64,000 nucleotides of DNA from Spirochaetia bacterium (GTDB lineage: Bacteria > Spirochaetota > Spirochaetia > CAKZLE01), in assembly GCA_963677595.1 (NCBI GenBank), contig OY782041.1, forward strand, positions 32,001 through 96,000, read 5' to 3'. Below the pieces are notes generated by a model, which saw only the letters and a list, made by a program, of their open reading frames with translations, ran no database searches and was not told the origin of the DNA. Numbering within the stretch: position 1 is the stretch's first letter; every line of letters begins with the position of its first letter. Positions 1 through 10,487 of this stretch are shown one piece after another. The position numbers were made by a program, and so were the translations under genes.

Positions 1-1
1 G

Positions 2-307
2 GGGGATTTCTTCGGGAACACCTATTACACCATCAGGACCACGATCCATCACTCAATCCCGAACATGGCAGGCAGCTATATCTGGGTATATGATACGGAC
101 GGCACCCTGGTGAATGACAGTTATTCCGCCTCACCCCTGTATGATGATGATTCGGGAGACGGGAACTTCTCACAGATTAACAGCTTCAAGGTCTCATTAA
201 CCGGGACCTACTATGTCCTCATCAGATCTGACCTGGTCGCCCCACTGACCTTCGATCTCTCGGATTACGGCTGGATCCATTTTGAATCAGCAAAACCTGT
301 CACCTGA
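2..307 (+). CDS. 3' end of a protein starting before the window; PPC-like beta-sandwich domain
   Basis: Frame is open from position 2 to the TGA at 305-307. YIWVYDTDG..DDDSGDGNFS..GTYYVLI resembles pre-peptidase C-terminal domains. Confidence 0.5.
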   Translation, partial: GDFFGNTYYTIRTTIHHSIPNMAGSYIWVYDTDGTLVNDSYSASPLYDDDSGDGNFSQINSFKVSLTGTYYVLIRSDLVAPLTFDLSDYGWIHFESAKPVT

Positions 308-322
308 TGGAAGTCAGTACCG

Positions 323-1063
323 TCAGACGATGACTCGCAGCTCCGGTTTGCTGTGGAAGTGACATACCTCCCCTGAGACGGTGAACTCCCCGAGCTGTCG
401 CTCCCAGGACATGGTGATCTCATCAGGCCCTACAGCCCTTCCTCTGCTGATGAAGAGGATACTCCTCGTCAGCCGAAGGATATCCCCGATGTCATGGCTG
501 ATCACGAGCATCGGGATCTGCAGCTCCTGCTGCAGGGTCTTCAGGTAGGGCAGGATGCTCAGCCTCAGACCACTGTCCAGGGCATTGAAGGGCTCATCCA
601 TGAGGAGCAGCTCGGGAGAGGCGAGCAGGGCCCTGCCGATGGCTGTACGCTGCTGCTCCCCGCCGGAGAGCCGATGGGGATACTCCCCGAGATGGTCACC
701 GAGATGCATGATCCCCACGACATCATCGAAGAGGGCCTTCTTCTTCGTGCTCCGGTACCGAAGGCCGAAGAGGAGGTTCTCCCTGATCGTCAGATGGGGG
801 AAGAGCAGGTTCTCCTGGAAGACCACCCCGATCCCCCGCTTATGCATCGGCACATGGGTCCCCGTCTCACTATTGACAAGCTCCCTCCCGTTGAGCACGA
901 TCCGCCCTCGCTCAGGCTTCTCGATACCCGCGATCAGGTTGAACAGCGAGGTCTTCCCGGCCCCGGAGGGTCCGAAGATGCCGGTAGTCTGCTGTTCGAG
1001 GGTACAGGAGAGGTCGAGGTCGAACCGGTTCCTCGGCAGCGTGACAGATATCTCAAGACTCAT
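323..1063 (-). CDS. modC: Molybdate ABC transporter ATPase (no TOBE domain)
   Basis: Walker A GPSGAGKT, LSGGEQQR signature, LLLMDEP, SHD; follows modAB. Confidence 0.92.
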   Translation of the reverse strand: MSLEISVTLPRNRFDLDLSCTLEQQTTGIFGPSGAGKTSLFNLIAGIEKPERGRIVLNGRELVNSETGTHVPMHKRGIGVVFQENLLFPHLTIRENLLFGLRYRSTKKKALFDDVVGIMHLGDHLGEYPHRLSGGEQQRTAIGRALLASPELLLMDEPFNALDSGLRLSILPYLKTLQQELQIPMLVISHDIGDILRLTRSILFISRGRAVGPDEITMSWERQLGEFTVSGEVCHFHSKPELRVIV

Positions 1064-1761
1064 GCGGCAGCTCCTTTCCTGAAGGCACTCAGGCGCTTCA
1101 TCTTCCGGTTGAAGACCTCCGATACCCAGATGGCAGCGAAGGAGATCGAGATCGAGATGAGGATGAGCAGTACGACCCTGCTCTCACTTCCCGGCACCTG
1201 CAGGGAGGAGAAGATCGACAGGGGGATCGTCCTCGTCTCCCCGGCAATATTTCCCGCGAAGATGATCGTCGCACCGAACTCCCCAAGGCTTCGGGCGAAG
1301 CCCAGCGTGAGCCCGTTGATGAGCCCGGGGAGGACCAGCGGGATCGTGATCCGCCTGGCGACCTCGAAGGGACTCGCCCCCAGGGTCGCGGCAATGGACT
1401 CCATCCTTCGGTCGAGCATCTCCAGCGAGAGCCTGAGGCTCCTCGTGATGAGGGGAAAGGCTACCACCATGGAAGCGATCACCGCAGCGGCGGAGGTGAA
1501 GGCGATCCGGATCCCGGTCAAGCTATAGACCAGGTTCCCGATGACCCCGTTTTTCCCCAGGATGAGCAGCAGCAGGAACCCGGTCGTGATCGGGGGCATG
1601 ACCAGGGGCAGGTGCACGATCCCGTCAAGGATCAGCTTGCCCCTGAACTCACTCCTTGCCAGCAGCCAGGCGGCTCCCGCAGCCAGCGGGATGTCCAGCA
1701 GGACAGCCAGGAAGCTGATCCGCAGGGAGAGCAGTACGGTTGTGGCCAGTTCATGGTTCAT
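1060..1761 (-). CDS. modB: Molybdate ABC transporter permease
   Basis: LPLVMPP..GFLLL and FARSLGEFGAT motifs; 4-nt overlaps with neighbours. Confidence 0.95.
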   Translation of the reverse strand: MNHELATTVLLSLRISFLAVLLDIPLAAGAAWLLARSEFRGKLILDGIVHLPLVMPPITTGFLLLLILGKNGVIGNLVYSLTGIRIAFTSAAAVIASMVVAFPLITRSLRLSLEMLDRRMESIAATLGASPFEVARRITIPLVLPGLINGLTLGFARSLGEFGATIIFAGNIAGETRTIPLSIFSSLQVPGSESRVVLLILISISISFAAIWVSEVFNRKMKRLSAFRKGAAA

Positions 1762-2552
1762 CGTGACTCCTCCGGGATGGTGAATCCAAATGATTCATAG
1801 AGTTCAAGCATATCCTCATTCCCCGTGAGGAACTCGAACAGGTCCTGCGACCCTTCTGAGCTCTCCTCCAACATGGAGATCATGTAGCGTACTGGAGTAT
1901 GGGACTCTGCCGGGAAGGTCGAGACGATCCGGACCTTGTCACTCTTCAGGGCGTCGGTGCGGTAGACGATACCGAAGTCCGCCTCCCCCAGCTCCACCAT
2001 GGAGAGCGCCATCCTCACGTCGCTCGTCGGTTGGATGCGCGGCTCCAGTGATTCATACCAGTCGTAGTACTCCAGGGCCTCCTTCCCGTACTGTCCTGCA
2101 GGGACATGGGCTGGATCTCCCATCGCCAGCCAGAGATCTACCATCCCCGGGAGGTCGCTACCCGGAATATCGAGCATCTCCAGCTCTGAATCTACCGTTA
2201 CGACCAGGACCAGGTCATTCTGCAGCCAGGCAGCCGCCTCTCCGTTCAGGCCGAGCCCCTCTATGTAGTCCATCCATTTCGTCGATGCGGAGATGAAGAT
2301 ATCAGCGGGAGCCTCGGCCTCAAGCTGCCTGGCCAGGTTACCGCTGGAGGCGAGATTGAGCTTCAGCTCTACCCCGGTCTCCTCCTGGTACATCGCTGCG
2401 GCAGTGTTCATGAGGTCTGTCGTACTTGCCGCGGCAAATATCGTCAGAGACTCATCCTCCGGGCTGCAGCCTGCCAGCAGCAGGCTGGCCGTCAGTACCA
2501 GCAGGCACACATACCTGCCGAACCCTCCCCTGTCAACCTTCATCTTGCGCAT
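1758..2552 (-). CDS. modA: Molybdate-binding lipoprotein
   Basis: Lipobox LLLAGC; FAAAS, ASSGNLARQ, DPAHVPAGQYG, VYRTDA. Start chosen by SD, so approximate. Confidence 0.93.
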   Translation of the reverse strand: MRKMKVDRGGFGRYVCLLVLTASLLLAGCSPEDESLTIFAAASTTDLMNTAAAMYQEETGVELKLNLASSGNLARQLEAEAPADIFISASTKWMDYIEGLGLNGEAAAWLQNDLVLVVTVDSELEMLDIPGSDLPGMVDLWLAMGDPAHVPAGQYGKEALEYYDWYESLEPRIQPTSDVRMALSMVELGEADFGIVYRTDALKSDKVRIVSTFPAESHTPVRYMISMLEESSEGSQDLFEFLTGNEDMLELYESFGFTIPEESR

Positions 2553-2590
2553 ACTTCTCTCCATACAACACCATGCCCCATGGTGCACGG

Positions 2591-2899
2591 TCAGTTCATG
2601 ACGTACTTCTCACAGATGCCCTCATCCTCGAGCGCATCAAGGATCTCATCCACGTCCTCCTCGGTCTCCACGCCCCCGTACCAGATGTTCTCCGGGTATT
2701 GGACGAGAGCCGGTCCCCGGTCACAGACCTTGAGGCAGCCGGTGATCGAGACCATGACCTCCGAAAGTCCCCGGTCGATCAGCTCGTTCTCGATGTATTG
2801 TGCCAGCTCATGCGAGCCCTTCTTCGCACATACCCCCTGGGGGGCTCCCGACATCCTGAAACTCCCGCATAGTAAAAGATGGTTCTTTGGTTTCTCCAT
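2591..2899 (-). CDS. Thioredoxin-like [2Fe-2S] ferredoxin
   Basis: Four Cys (LLCGS, GVCAKK, TGCLKVCDRGP) and YPENIWYG; this family is known from nif clusters. Confidence 0.88.
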   Translation of the reverse strand: MEKPKNHLLLCGSFRMSGAPQGVCAKKGSHELAQYIENELIDRGLSEVMVSITGCLKVCDRGPALVQYPENIWYGGVETEEDVDEILDALEDEGICEKYVMN

Positions 2900-2949
2900 G
2901 ACAACTCTCTCCTTCCTCTATGATTCTATCTGCCAGCTGACAGATCTTC

Positions 2950-4224
2950 CTACATGCAACCCATGGCCGTACCACCGCAGCCGGACCCCTTTCCTGCCCG
3001 GAAACCGGGCAGTCTCGCATACTGCTTCAGGCCCTCTCCCTGGTTGTATGCCTCGAGTATGCCGCTGATCAGTCCCTGCACCTTGTACACCTGCAGGCCT
3101 GAGGATGCGAGGACCTCTTCCGGCCTGCCGCCGATCGACACGGTGAACAGGGCCCTGCAGTCTGACAGGAGCCCAGCGAGCTCCTCCCAGCGGGCATCCC
3201 CGTTCCCGGCAGCCGGGGCGGTACGCTTCTCGAGGAACCTGATCCCCTTGCTGTCTGCCGTGTAGATATGGAAGGAGCGGGTCTCCCCGAGGTGGAGGTT
3301 CACCAGGAGGCCTTCCTGCGAGGAGACGGCGAAGTGCTTCCTCTCTTCGGCCATGTCCTTCGGCAGGTTCCTGACGTAGGAGAGGAAGTCGATGACCTGG
3401 TCACTGGTCTTCTTCCCTACCAGGCCTGCCGCATCGGAGCGGCACCTGCCGCAGTGCATCATCTGGTGCACATAGGAGGAGGCCTTCGCCCTCACCGTCT
3501 TCGTCATCTGTGCATCGGGGGCACGCAGTTCCCCGAAGGCCGACTCCTTCACCGGGATGAGCGGCAGGCAGTTCTGGATCTCGACCCCGAGTCCCGCGAC
3601 TGTCCGCGCGACCTCCTCGATATGGCCGTCGTTCACCCCGGGGATGATGATCGTGTTGACCTTCACGTGCCACCCGAGCTTCACAGCCTTCTCCAGCCCG
3701 CTCAACTGCTTCTCGAGCAGCAGGGAGGCAGCCTCGATGCCGCGGTAGCCGCGCTTCCTGTAGCGGACCCAGCCGTAGATATCCTTCCCCACTTCCGGGT
3801 CGACCGCGTTCATCGTGACTGTCAGGAACCGCAGCCCGAGCTCATGCAGCTCCTCGATATACTCATCAAGCATCAGACCGTTCGTCGAGAGGCAGAAGGT
3901 GGTCTCCGGCAGCTTCTCCCTGATGAGGCGCATCGTCTCGAGGGTCTGTTCCGGGTTCGCCAGAGCATCCCCGGGACCAGCGATCCCCGCCACCTCCATC
4001 CAGGGATTCTCCCTCTTCAGCTCGAAGAAGTAGAACGCAGCCTGCTCAGGGCTCAGGACGGTGCTCGAGACACCGGGACGCGACTCATTGACGCAGTCAT
4101 ACTTCCGGTAGCAGTAGTTGCACTGGATGTTGCACTTGGGTGCCACCGGGAGGTGGACCCGGCCGCTCCTGTGCTTCACCCTGCTGTTGAAGCAGGGATG
4201 GTTCGTACTCTCGACTCTTGCCAT
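2950..4224 (-). CDS. nifB: FeMo-cofactor biosynthesis radical SAM NifB with C-terminal NifX-like domain
   Basis: HPC, CNIQCNYC, ESRPG, AGPGD, TVTMN, CGRCRSDAAG; VNLHLG NifX-type domain. Confidence 0.96.
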   Translation of the reverse strand: MARVESTNHPCFNSRVKHRSGRVHLPVAPKCNIQCNYCYRKYDCVNESRPGVSSTVLSPEQAAFYFFELKRENPWMEVAGIAGPGDALANPEQTLETMRLIREKLPETTFCLSTNGLMLDEYIEELHELGLRFLTVTMNAVDPEVGKDIYGWVRYRKRGYRGIEAASLLLEKQLSGLEKAVKLGWHVKVNTIIIPGVNDGHIEEVARTVAGLGVEIQNCLPLIPVKESAFGELRAPDAQMTKTVRAKASSYVHQMMHCGRCRSDAAGLVGKKTSDQVIDFLSYVRNLPKDMAEERKHFAVSSQEGLLVNLHLGETRSFHIYTADSKGIRFLEKRTAPAAGNGDARWEELAGLLSDCRALFTVSIGGRPEEVLASSGLQVYKVQGLISGILEAYNQGEGLKQYARLPGFRAGKGSGCGGTAMGCM

Positions 4225-4253
4225 AACGTTCTCTCCTTCCTCTGACTGATCTT

Positions 4254-5609
4254 CTATATGTATGAATACCCGATCGGATTACCCTTCTGCATCGTCTCCA
4301 TGACCGCATTCACGATCCTGTCATAGAGCTCGAGCGTCCCTTCGTACCCGATCATCCTGATCCTCGAGGCCCCGAACCGGTCATGGATCGGGAACCCTAC
4401 CCTGATCAGCGGTATATCGAGCTTCCGGGCTATCTTGGCTCCCTTCCCGCTGCCGATCATGAGGTCTATATCACTGGATCCTGCGAGCTCCTCGATATCC
4501 TCGAAGTCCGCCCCATCCTGTATGACCGGCTTCTCGTCCAGGTCGTGGTAATCCGGATGGGCTATGATCCCCGCCCGCATGGAACCGGTCCTTCCCCCGC
4601 TCGCACAGATCACCGGGATAGTCCCGATCTCCTGCATGAAGGTGTACAGGCTGACGACAACATCCTCATCCCCGTAGAGCAGCACCCGTTTGCCGAAGAG
4701 ATACTTGTGCCCGTCGGTATAGGCATCGATCAGCCGTTCCCTAGCCGAGATCTCCCCTGCGGGGATACTCCGCTCCGTGTACTCCTGCAGCAGGTCGAGG
4801 AACCGGTCGGTGAGCTCCACCCCGATCGGGAGGGGGGTCCTCCTCGCAGGGACAGCATGCTCCTGCTGGAGGGCATCCCCGGCAGTTACGAGCTTATCGT
4901 TCTCCCCGACGAACTCGATGGTGACCTTCGCCGACCCGGTCTGCTCCAGGGAAGCCGCGGTGGTTCCTCCCGGAGGTATCGGCTGGTACTCTCCCCAGAT
5001 GCCCCCGTCCAGCGTCTTCTCATAGTCAGGGAAGAGGATGCATTCGATCCCCATGCCCTGGATGAGCCGTTTCAGGTACCTCAAGTCCGCCGGGCTGACC
5101 ATGGAGGGGAACAGGTTTATATGATGTCCCTTCCCTGACTTCTTAGCGAATCCCCGCACCGTCTCACGCACGGTATGGATGAACCCCTCGATCTGGTTCC
5201 CCGAATAGCTCGGTGTCGACACGGCAATGAGCTTCGGCAATACAGTCCCCGGGGAGTCTTTCTCAAGCTCCTTCCTGAACTCGTTGAGGATCATGGGGAC
5301 ATTGTCCCCGATCGTCTCGGAGAGACAGGTACTCGCGATGCCGATCACCTCCGGGTGGTACTGGCGCATCACGTTGAGGATGGCAGCCTTCAGGTTCTCG
5401 CCGCCACCGAAGACCGCGGTCTCCTCGGTGAAGCTCGAGGAGGCGGTATCGATCGGCTCACGGTAGTGGCTGATGAGATACCGCCTGATATAGGTGGCAC
5501 AACCCTGAGAACCGTGGAGGAGACTGATCGAGTTCTCCACTCCCTTGAAGGCAACCACCGCACCCAAGGGGGCACACAGGTTGCAGGAGTTCTTCGTCAC
5601 TGCTTTCAT
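4254..5609 (-). CDS. nifN: Nitrogenase cofactor scaffold beta subunit
   Basis: CAPLGA, HGSQGCATY, STCLSETIGD, GFPIHDRFG; downstream of nifE. Confidence 0.93.
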   Translation of the reverse strand: MKAVTKNSCNLCAPLGAVVAFKGVENSISLLHGSQGCATYIRRYLISHYREPIDTASSSFTEETAVFGGGENLKAAILNVMRQYHPEVIGIASTCLSETIGDNVPMILNEFRKELEKDSPGTVLPKLIAVSTPSYSGNQIEGFIHTVRETVRGFAKKSGKGHHINLFPSMVSPADLRYLKRLIQGMGIECILFPDYEKTLDGGIWGEYQPIPPGGTTAASLEQTGSAKVTIEFVGENDKLVTAGDALQQEHAVPARRTPLPIGVELTDRFLDLLQEYTERSIPAGEISARERLIDAYTDGHKYLFGKRVLLYGDEDVVVSLYTFMQEIGTIPVICASGGRTGSMRAGIIAHPDYHDLDEKPVIQDGADFEDIEELAGSSDIDLMIGSGKGAKIARKLDIPLIRVGFPIHDRFGASRIRMIGYEGTLELYDRIVNAVMETMQKGNPIGYSYI

Positions 5610-6994
5610 AGATTCACCTCCGAAGCCTTTGTGTTCCTGTAGGCGAACTTCCAGACAGGGCTCAGGACTGAGGAGTAGACCTCCTCGGCGAAATGGAGCA
5701 TCCCCTCGAACCCTGCCAGGGAGATCTTCCGTTCATGGTTGTGGTCACAGAAGGCGACCCCCAGCTTCAGGGCCATGGGACGCTCCTTGACCCCGCCGAT
5801 GAAGAGGTCTGCCTGTTTCGCGAGGACGAAACGGCTCAGTTCCATGGGGTTGGCATCATCGACGATCACGGTCCCGGGATTGCACATAGCCTTGAGATCC
5901 TCATAGTCCTGGGCGTTTCCCGTCTGGGAACCGACCACGACGACCTCCATCCCGAGCAGGCTGAGCGCCTTGATCAGGGAGAATGCCTTGAAGGCGCCCC
6001 CCACATAGATGGCGGCGCGTTTGCCCTGCAGCTTTTCCCGCATCTCGGAGATTCTCTCCATGATCGAACCGATCTCCTGTCTGACGAGGGTCTCAGCCCT
6101 CTCGAGCATCTGCTCATTCCCGAAGAACTTCGCCACATCATAGAGAGCCTGTGCGGTATCCTCGATCCCGAAGTAGGATACCCGTATATAGGGGATGCCG
6201 TAGGCCCGCTCCATCTCCTGGGCAAGGTAGGTCATGGACCCTGAGCACTGTACTACGTTCAGTGAGGCGGTATAGGCCCTGCTGACATCTTCGACCCGTC
6301 CGTCCCCGGTCATGGTGGAGATGATCTTCACCCCCATCTGCTCATAGTACTTCCTGATGATCCAGGCTTCCCCTGCCAGGTTGAACTCGCCCATGATGTT
6401 GATGCTCTCAGGCACCCTCTCCGGGGTGCTGTTGAAGGATCGCCCCTGGCTGAGCTCATGCTTGCGCATCAGCATGAAGAGCGCATCGCAGGCTGCCTTG
6501 TACCCGTCCTTCTTCGTACCGCGGAAGCCCTCGGAATGGACGGCGATCACGGGGATACCGAACTCCTGCTCGGCCTTCCTCGCGACGGCATCGACATCAT
6601 CCCCGATGATGCCGACGATGCAGGTGGCATAGATGAAGGCGGCTTTCGGGGAGTACTTCGTGATCAGGGTCTGCAGGGCCTCGTGGAGCTTCTTCTCACC
6701 ACCGTAGATGATGTTCTTCTCCCTCAGGTCGGTCGAGAAGCTCAGCCGGTGTAGTTCCGGCCCGGAGGAGAGAGAGCCCCTGATGTCCCAGGTATAGGCA
6801 GCACAGCCGATAGGCCCATGAATCAGGTGCACCGCATCAGCTATCGGGTAGAGGACCACCCGGGAGCCGCAGAAAACGCAGGCACGCTGGCTGACAGCCC
6901 CTGCAAGGCTCTTCCGCTCACAGGACATGGTGAAGGTATCCTCACCCTTGGTGAACACCTGTGTCTTTCTCTCCGTCAGTATCTCTGCATTCAT
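5606..6994 (-). CDS. nifE: Nitrogenase cofactor scaffold alpha subunit
   Basis: SQRACVFCG, HGPIGC, TCIVGIIGDD, NVVQC. Start placed at MNAEIL with an AAGGAG SD. Confidence 0.94.
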   Translation of the reverse strand: MNAEILTERKTQVFTKGEDTFTMSCERKSLAGAVSQRACVFCGSRVVLYPIADAVHLIHGPIGCAAYTWDIRGSLSSGPELHRLSFSTDLREKNIIYGGEKKLHEALQTLITKYSPKAAFIYATCIVGIIGDDVDAVARKAEQEFGIPVIAVHSEGFRGTKKDGYKAACDALFMLMRKHELSQGRSFNSTPERVPESINIMGEFNLAGEAWIIRKYYEQMGVKIISTMTGDGRVEDVSRAYTASLNVVQCSGSMTYLAQEMERAYGIPYIRVSYFGIEDTAQALYDVAKFFGNEQMLERAETLVRQEIGSIMERISEMREKLQGKRAAIYVGGAFKAFSLIKALSLLGMEVVVVGSQTGNAQDYEDLKAMCNPGTVIVDDANPMELSRFVLAKQADLFIGGVKERPMALKLGVAFCDHNHERKISLAGFEGMLHFAEEVYSSVLSPVWKFAYRNTKASEVNL

Positions 6995-7037
6995 GGACAA
7001 GCTCCTTATCGGATGTCTATCGGTTCTGTGCTCTTCC

Positions 7038-8420
7038 TTACATGACCAGCTCGAAGGCTTCCTCAGTCGATTTCGCATCCTTCCGATCCATGATGATCGT
7101 CAGGATCCTCTCGAGGATGCGCATCGCTCCCTTATACCCCACCATAGGGAAGTAGCTGTGCCCTACCCGGTCGAGGATGGGGAAACCCATCCTCAAGAAT
7201 CCGATGTCCTCGTCGCGTGCGATGTACTTGCCGTAGGTGTTGCCGATGAGCAGGTCCACCGGGTCGTTCTTGATCCACTGGTGGAGCAGGAACATATCGG
7301 CATTCGCCCCGTTCTTCACTTTCGCATCGTACCCTTTAGCCGCGAGCATGTCGGTCACCCCCTTGGTGAACACCTTGCCCGGTGTCCCGCTGACAATGGC
7401 ACTCGGTACCATCTCGATGTCGGCGAGGAACTCTGCGAGCGGCAGCAGGATATCGGGGTCACCGAAGATCGCGACCTTCTTCCCGTAGACGTACTGCTGC
7501 ATGTCGGCGATCATGTCGATGAGCCGTCCCCGGTCCTCCTCGATCTCCGCCGGGATGGGTTTTCCCGTGATCCGGTTCAGCGCCATGAAGAACCGGTCGG
7601 TCGCCTCGAGCCCGATGGGGATGTCGAGCAGCGTATAGGGTACCCCGCAGTTTGCATCGAGCCATTTGGCGCCCTCTGCCGAGCTGAAGTTCCCGAGTGC
7701 GAAGGTATGGGCTGATGAGCCGGAGCTCTTCAGCTCGGGGATGGTCACCCCGCCCTTGGGGTAGAACTCATGGACTCCCGTCATCGGGGCATCAAGCACA
7801 TCTGATGTGTCTGGGAACATGATCGTCGGGATATCCATGAGCTTCATGAGCCGCTTCAGCTCCCGCATGTCCGAGGGTTCCACCCAGCCGGGGATGACGT
7901 TGTAGTAGTCGGTCTTCAGCTCCTCGGACTCCGCGAATGCCTTCACCATGCTCACCACCATATTGGAGAAGCCGGTGACATGGGAGCCCACATAGGAGGG
8001 GGTACTGGCACTGATCACGTGCTTTCCCTCAGGGATCTTCTTGTCGGCAGCAGCCTTGGCCGCGATCTGGGGCACATCGTCACCGATCGTCTCGGAGAGG
8101 CAGGTGGTATGGACGGCGATGATGTCTGGGTCGTAGATGGTGAAGATATTGTTGATCGCCTGCAGCAGGTTCGCCTGGCCGCCGAAGACCGAGGCTCCTT
8201 CGGTGAAGGAACTCGTACCAGCCATGATCGGTTCCTTGTAGTGGCGGGTCAGGGCACTCCTGTGGTAGGCACAGCAGCCCTGTGACCCATGGCTGTGGGG
8301 AAAGCACCCATGGATGCCGAGCGCGGCATACATCGCACCGATCGGCTGGCAGGTCTTGGCCGGGTTGATCGTGAGCGCGCTCCTCTCTGTGATGTCTTTG
8401 GGGGTATGTCGTAACAGCAT
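7038..8420 (-). CDS. nifK: Nitrogenase MoFe protein beta chain
   Basis: INPAKTCQPIGA, HGSQGCCAY, TTCLSETIGDD, GFPILDR; short group II type. Confidence 0.96.
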   Translation of the reverse strand: MLLRHTPKDITERSALTINPAKTCQPIGAMYAALGIHGCFPHSHGSQGCCAYHRSALTRHYKEPIMAGTSSFTEGASVFGGQANLLQAINNIFTIYDPDIIAVHTTCLSETIGDDVPQIAAKAAADKKIPEGKHVISASTPSYVGSHVTGFSNMVVSMVKAFAESEELKTDYYNVIPGWVEPSDMRELKRLMKLMDIPTIMFPDTSDVLDAPMTGVHEFYPKGGVTIPELKSSGSSAHTFALGNFSSAEGAKWLDANCGVPYTLLDIPIGLEATDRFFMALNRITGKPIPAEIEEDRGRLIDMIADMQQYVYGKKVAIFGDPDILLPLAEFLADIEMVPSAIVSGTPGKVFTKGVTDMLAAKGYDAKVKNGANADMFLLHQWIKNDPVDLLIGNTYGKYIARDEDIGFLRMGFPILDRVGHSYFPMVGYKGAMRILERILTIIMDRKDAKSTEEAFELVM

Positions 8421-8431
8421 AGTATACCTTC

Positions 8432-10066
8432 CTATCCAAGTTTACTGATATAATCAGCTTCTATTTCGGCTTCCCGGTTCCAGGGAGCCTTCACCTTCGA
8501 CCAGATCTTCGTGCTGACGATCCGGGCGATGTCCTTGTAGAAGTTCACCGCACCCTCGAAGCCGGCATAGGGTCCCTCGTAGTCGTAGCTGTGCAGCTGC
8601 TTCAGCGGGACTCCGAACTTCTGGACCACGTACTTCTCCTTGATCCCGGCACAGAAGATGTCGGGCTTGAAGGTCTCGATCAGCCACTGCTGCTCATGGT
8701 GGGTGATGTCATCGATGATCAGGGAGTTCGACTCCATGTCGTTCATCATCCCGGCATAATCCTTGAAGAGCAGTCCCTTCTTCTCGAGCATCAGGATATT
8801 CGACTCATCCTTCCTCGGGTTGTAGAGCTGCTCATCCTTCTCCACTTTGAGCTCCTCGATGTTACGGCTGTCCGCATCTACCTTCAGGTACGGCAGGACC
8901 TCACGGCCCTCATAGTCATCCCGATGGGCGAACTCATAACCGGCAGCGAGGACCGACATCCCGAGTTCAGCGAAGAGGTCCTGGTAGTGGTGGGCCCGTG
9001 ACCCCCCTACGAAGAGCATGGCAGTCTTCCCCTCGGTCTTCGGCTTGTAGCGTTCCAGTGCGGCCTCTGCCATTGCCAATTTCTCCGCGATATAGGCCTC
9101 GACACGGTCGGTAAGCTCCTGGTCATCGAAGTACTCCGCGATCTTCCTCAGCGACTTCGCTGATGACTTGGCGCCGATGAAGTTCACCTTGATCCAGGGG
9201 ATCCCGTACTTCGTCTCCATCATCTCGGCGACGTAGTTGATCGACCTGTGGCACATGATGGCATTGAGGTCCGCCGTGTGGGACCGCTCGAACTGTTCTA
9301 CCGTAGAATTCCCGCTGAAGGTGGAGACGAGCGTGATGCCGAGCTCGTTGAACATCTCCTCGAGCACGAAGGCGTCCCCCCCGATGTTGTACTCCCCGAG
9401 AAGGTTGATCTTGAACTTACCTTCGGGGGAGTTGTTGTTGTTTCCCACCAGATGCCTGAACAGCTGGTTGTTGGCGATATGGTGGCCTGCCGACTGGCTG
9501 ACGCCCTTATAGCCCTCGCAGGAGAACCCGAAGACGTTGCAGTCCCCGAACTTCTCCTTCATCTCACGTGCCACGGCATGGATGTCATCGCCGATGAGCC
9601 CGACGGGGCAAGTAGCGAAGATACTGATCGCCTTGGGGTGGAAAAGGTCATAGGCCTCCTGGATCGCCTGGCGAAGCTTCTTCTCACCGCCGAATACGAT
9701 GTTCTCATCCTGCATGTCGGTACTGAAGCAGTAGGTCATGTAGTTCTCGCCGTCCGGCCCCGGGGAGGTCTGGTTCCTCCTCGTGAGCCAGCTGTAGAAC
9801 CCGCAGCCGATCGGTCCATGGGTGATGTTCACGATGTCCCTCGTCGGCCCGAGCACGACGCCCTTGCAGCCGGCATAGGTACAGCCCCGCTGAGTTATGA
9901 TCCCGGGAATGGTACGGACATTCGCCTGTATCTCCTGCTTCTCGCCCTCCTCCTTGACCACGATCGCCTTCTTCCGCTTTCTCGCTACCTTGGGAGGATA
10001 GATATCGACCAGGGCATCCCGGTATGTATCAACTGTCATTCCTTCTCGTTCTTTCAAATCTTTCAT
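8432..10066 (-). CDS. nifD: Nitrogenase MoFe protein alpha chain (group II, with the clostridial-type insertion)
   Basis: RGCTYAGCKG, HGPIGC, TCPVGLIGDD, GVSQSAGHH, MCHRS (FeMoco Cys), QLHSYDY (FeMoco His). No G-subunit gene between D and K. Confidence 0.97.
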   Translation of the reverse strand: MKDLKEREGMTVDTYRDALVDIYPPKVARKRKKAIVVKEEGEKQEIQANVRTIPGIITQRGCTYAGCKGVVLGPTRDIVNITHGPIGCGFYSWLTRRNQTSPGPDGENYMTYCFSTDMQDENIVFGGEKKLRQAIQEAYDLFHPKAISIFATCPVGLIGDDIHAVAREMKEKFGDCNVFGFSCEGYKGVSQSAGHHIANNQLFRHLVGNNNNSPEGKFKINLLGEYNIGGDAFVLEEMFNELGITLVSTFSGNSTVEQFERSHTADLNAIMCHRSINYVAEMMETKYGIPWIKVNFIGAKSSAKSLRKIAEYFDDQELTDRVEAYIAEKLAMAEAALERYKPKTEGKTAMLFVGGSRAHHYQDLFAELGMSVLAAGYEFAHRDDYEGREVLPYLKVDADSRNIEELKVEKDEQLYNPRKDESNILMLEKKGLLFKDYAGMMNDMESNSLIIDDITHHEQQWLIETFKPDIFCAGIKEKYVVQKFGVPLKQLHSYDYEGPYAGFEGAVNFYKDIARIVSTKIWSKVKAPWNREAEIEADYISKLG

Positions 10067-10100
10067 CTCCTTCTCCTGCCGACTGCCTGGCAATAGACGG

Positions 10101-10487
10101 TCAGTCTATGTCCAGGACAGCATCCCCGGCTTCTCCGGTCCGGACCCTGACCGCATCGATCAGGGGCAGGACGAATATCTTCCCGTCTCCGGCATTCCCC
10201 GTCTGGTTCGTCTGGATGATCGTCTTCACGGTCAGGTCCACCTTCTCATCCGGTACGATGATCGTCAGCAGACGCTTGCTCACCAGCCTGGGACCCATCC
10301 CGAGGAGGGATATGGCTTCATCGAACCCTTCCTTGGCTCCGTCAAGGATACGGTAATCGACGATACCCTTACCGCGTCCCTGGACCCGGCCTGTCCCGGT
10401 GAAGGAGGTGATACCGACACTCGAGAGTGCCCGCTTGGTCTCGTTCACCTTATTGATCCTGATAATCGCCATGACCTCTTTCATCAC
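10101..10487 (-). CDS. nifI2: PII-family nitrogenase regulator NifI2
   Basis: MKEVMAIIR, GRGKG, GDGKIFV, VRVRTGE; second PII gene between nifH and nifD. Confidence 0.9.
   Translation of the reverse strand: MMKEVMAIIRINKVNETKRALSSVGITSFTGTGRVQGRGKGIVDYRILDGAKEGFDEAISLLGMGPRLVSKRLLTIIVPDEKVDLTVKTIIQTNQTGNAGDGKIFVLPLIDAVRVRTGEAGDAVLDID

Noticed and set aside
7038-10066. Alternative (V or Fe-only) nitrogenase suggested by the AnfA-like regulator
   Set aside because: No G subunit between D and K; NifD has Mo-type group II features; nifEN and modABC are present.
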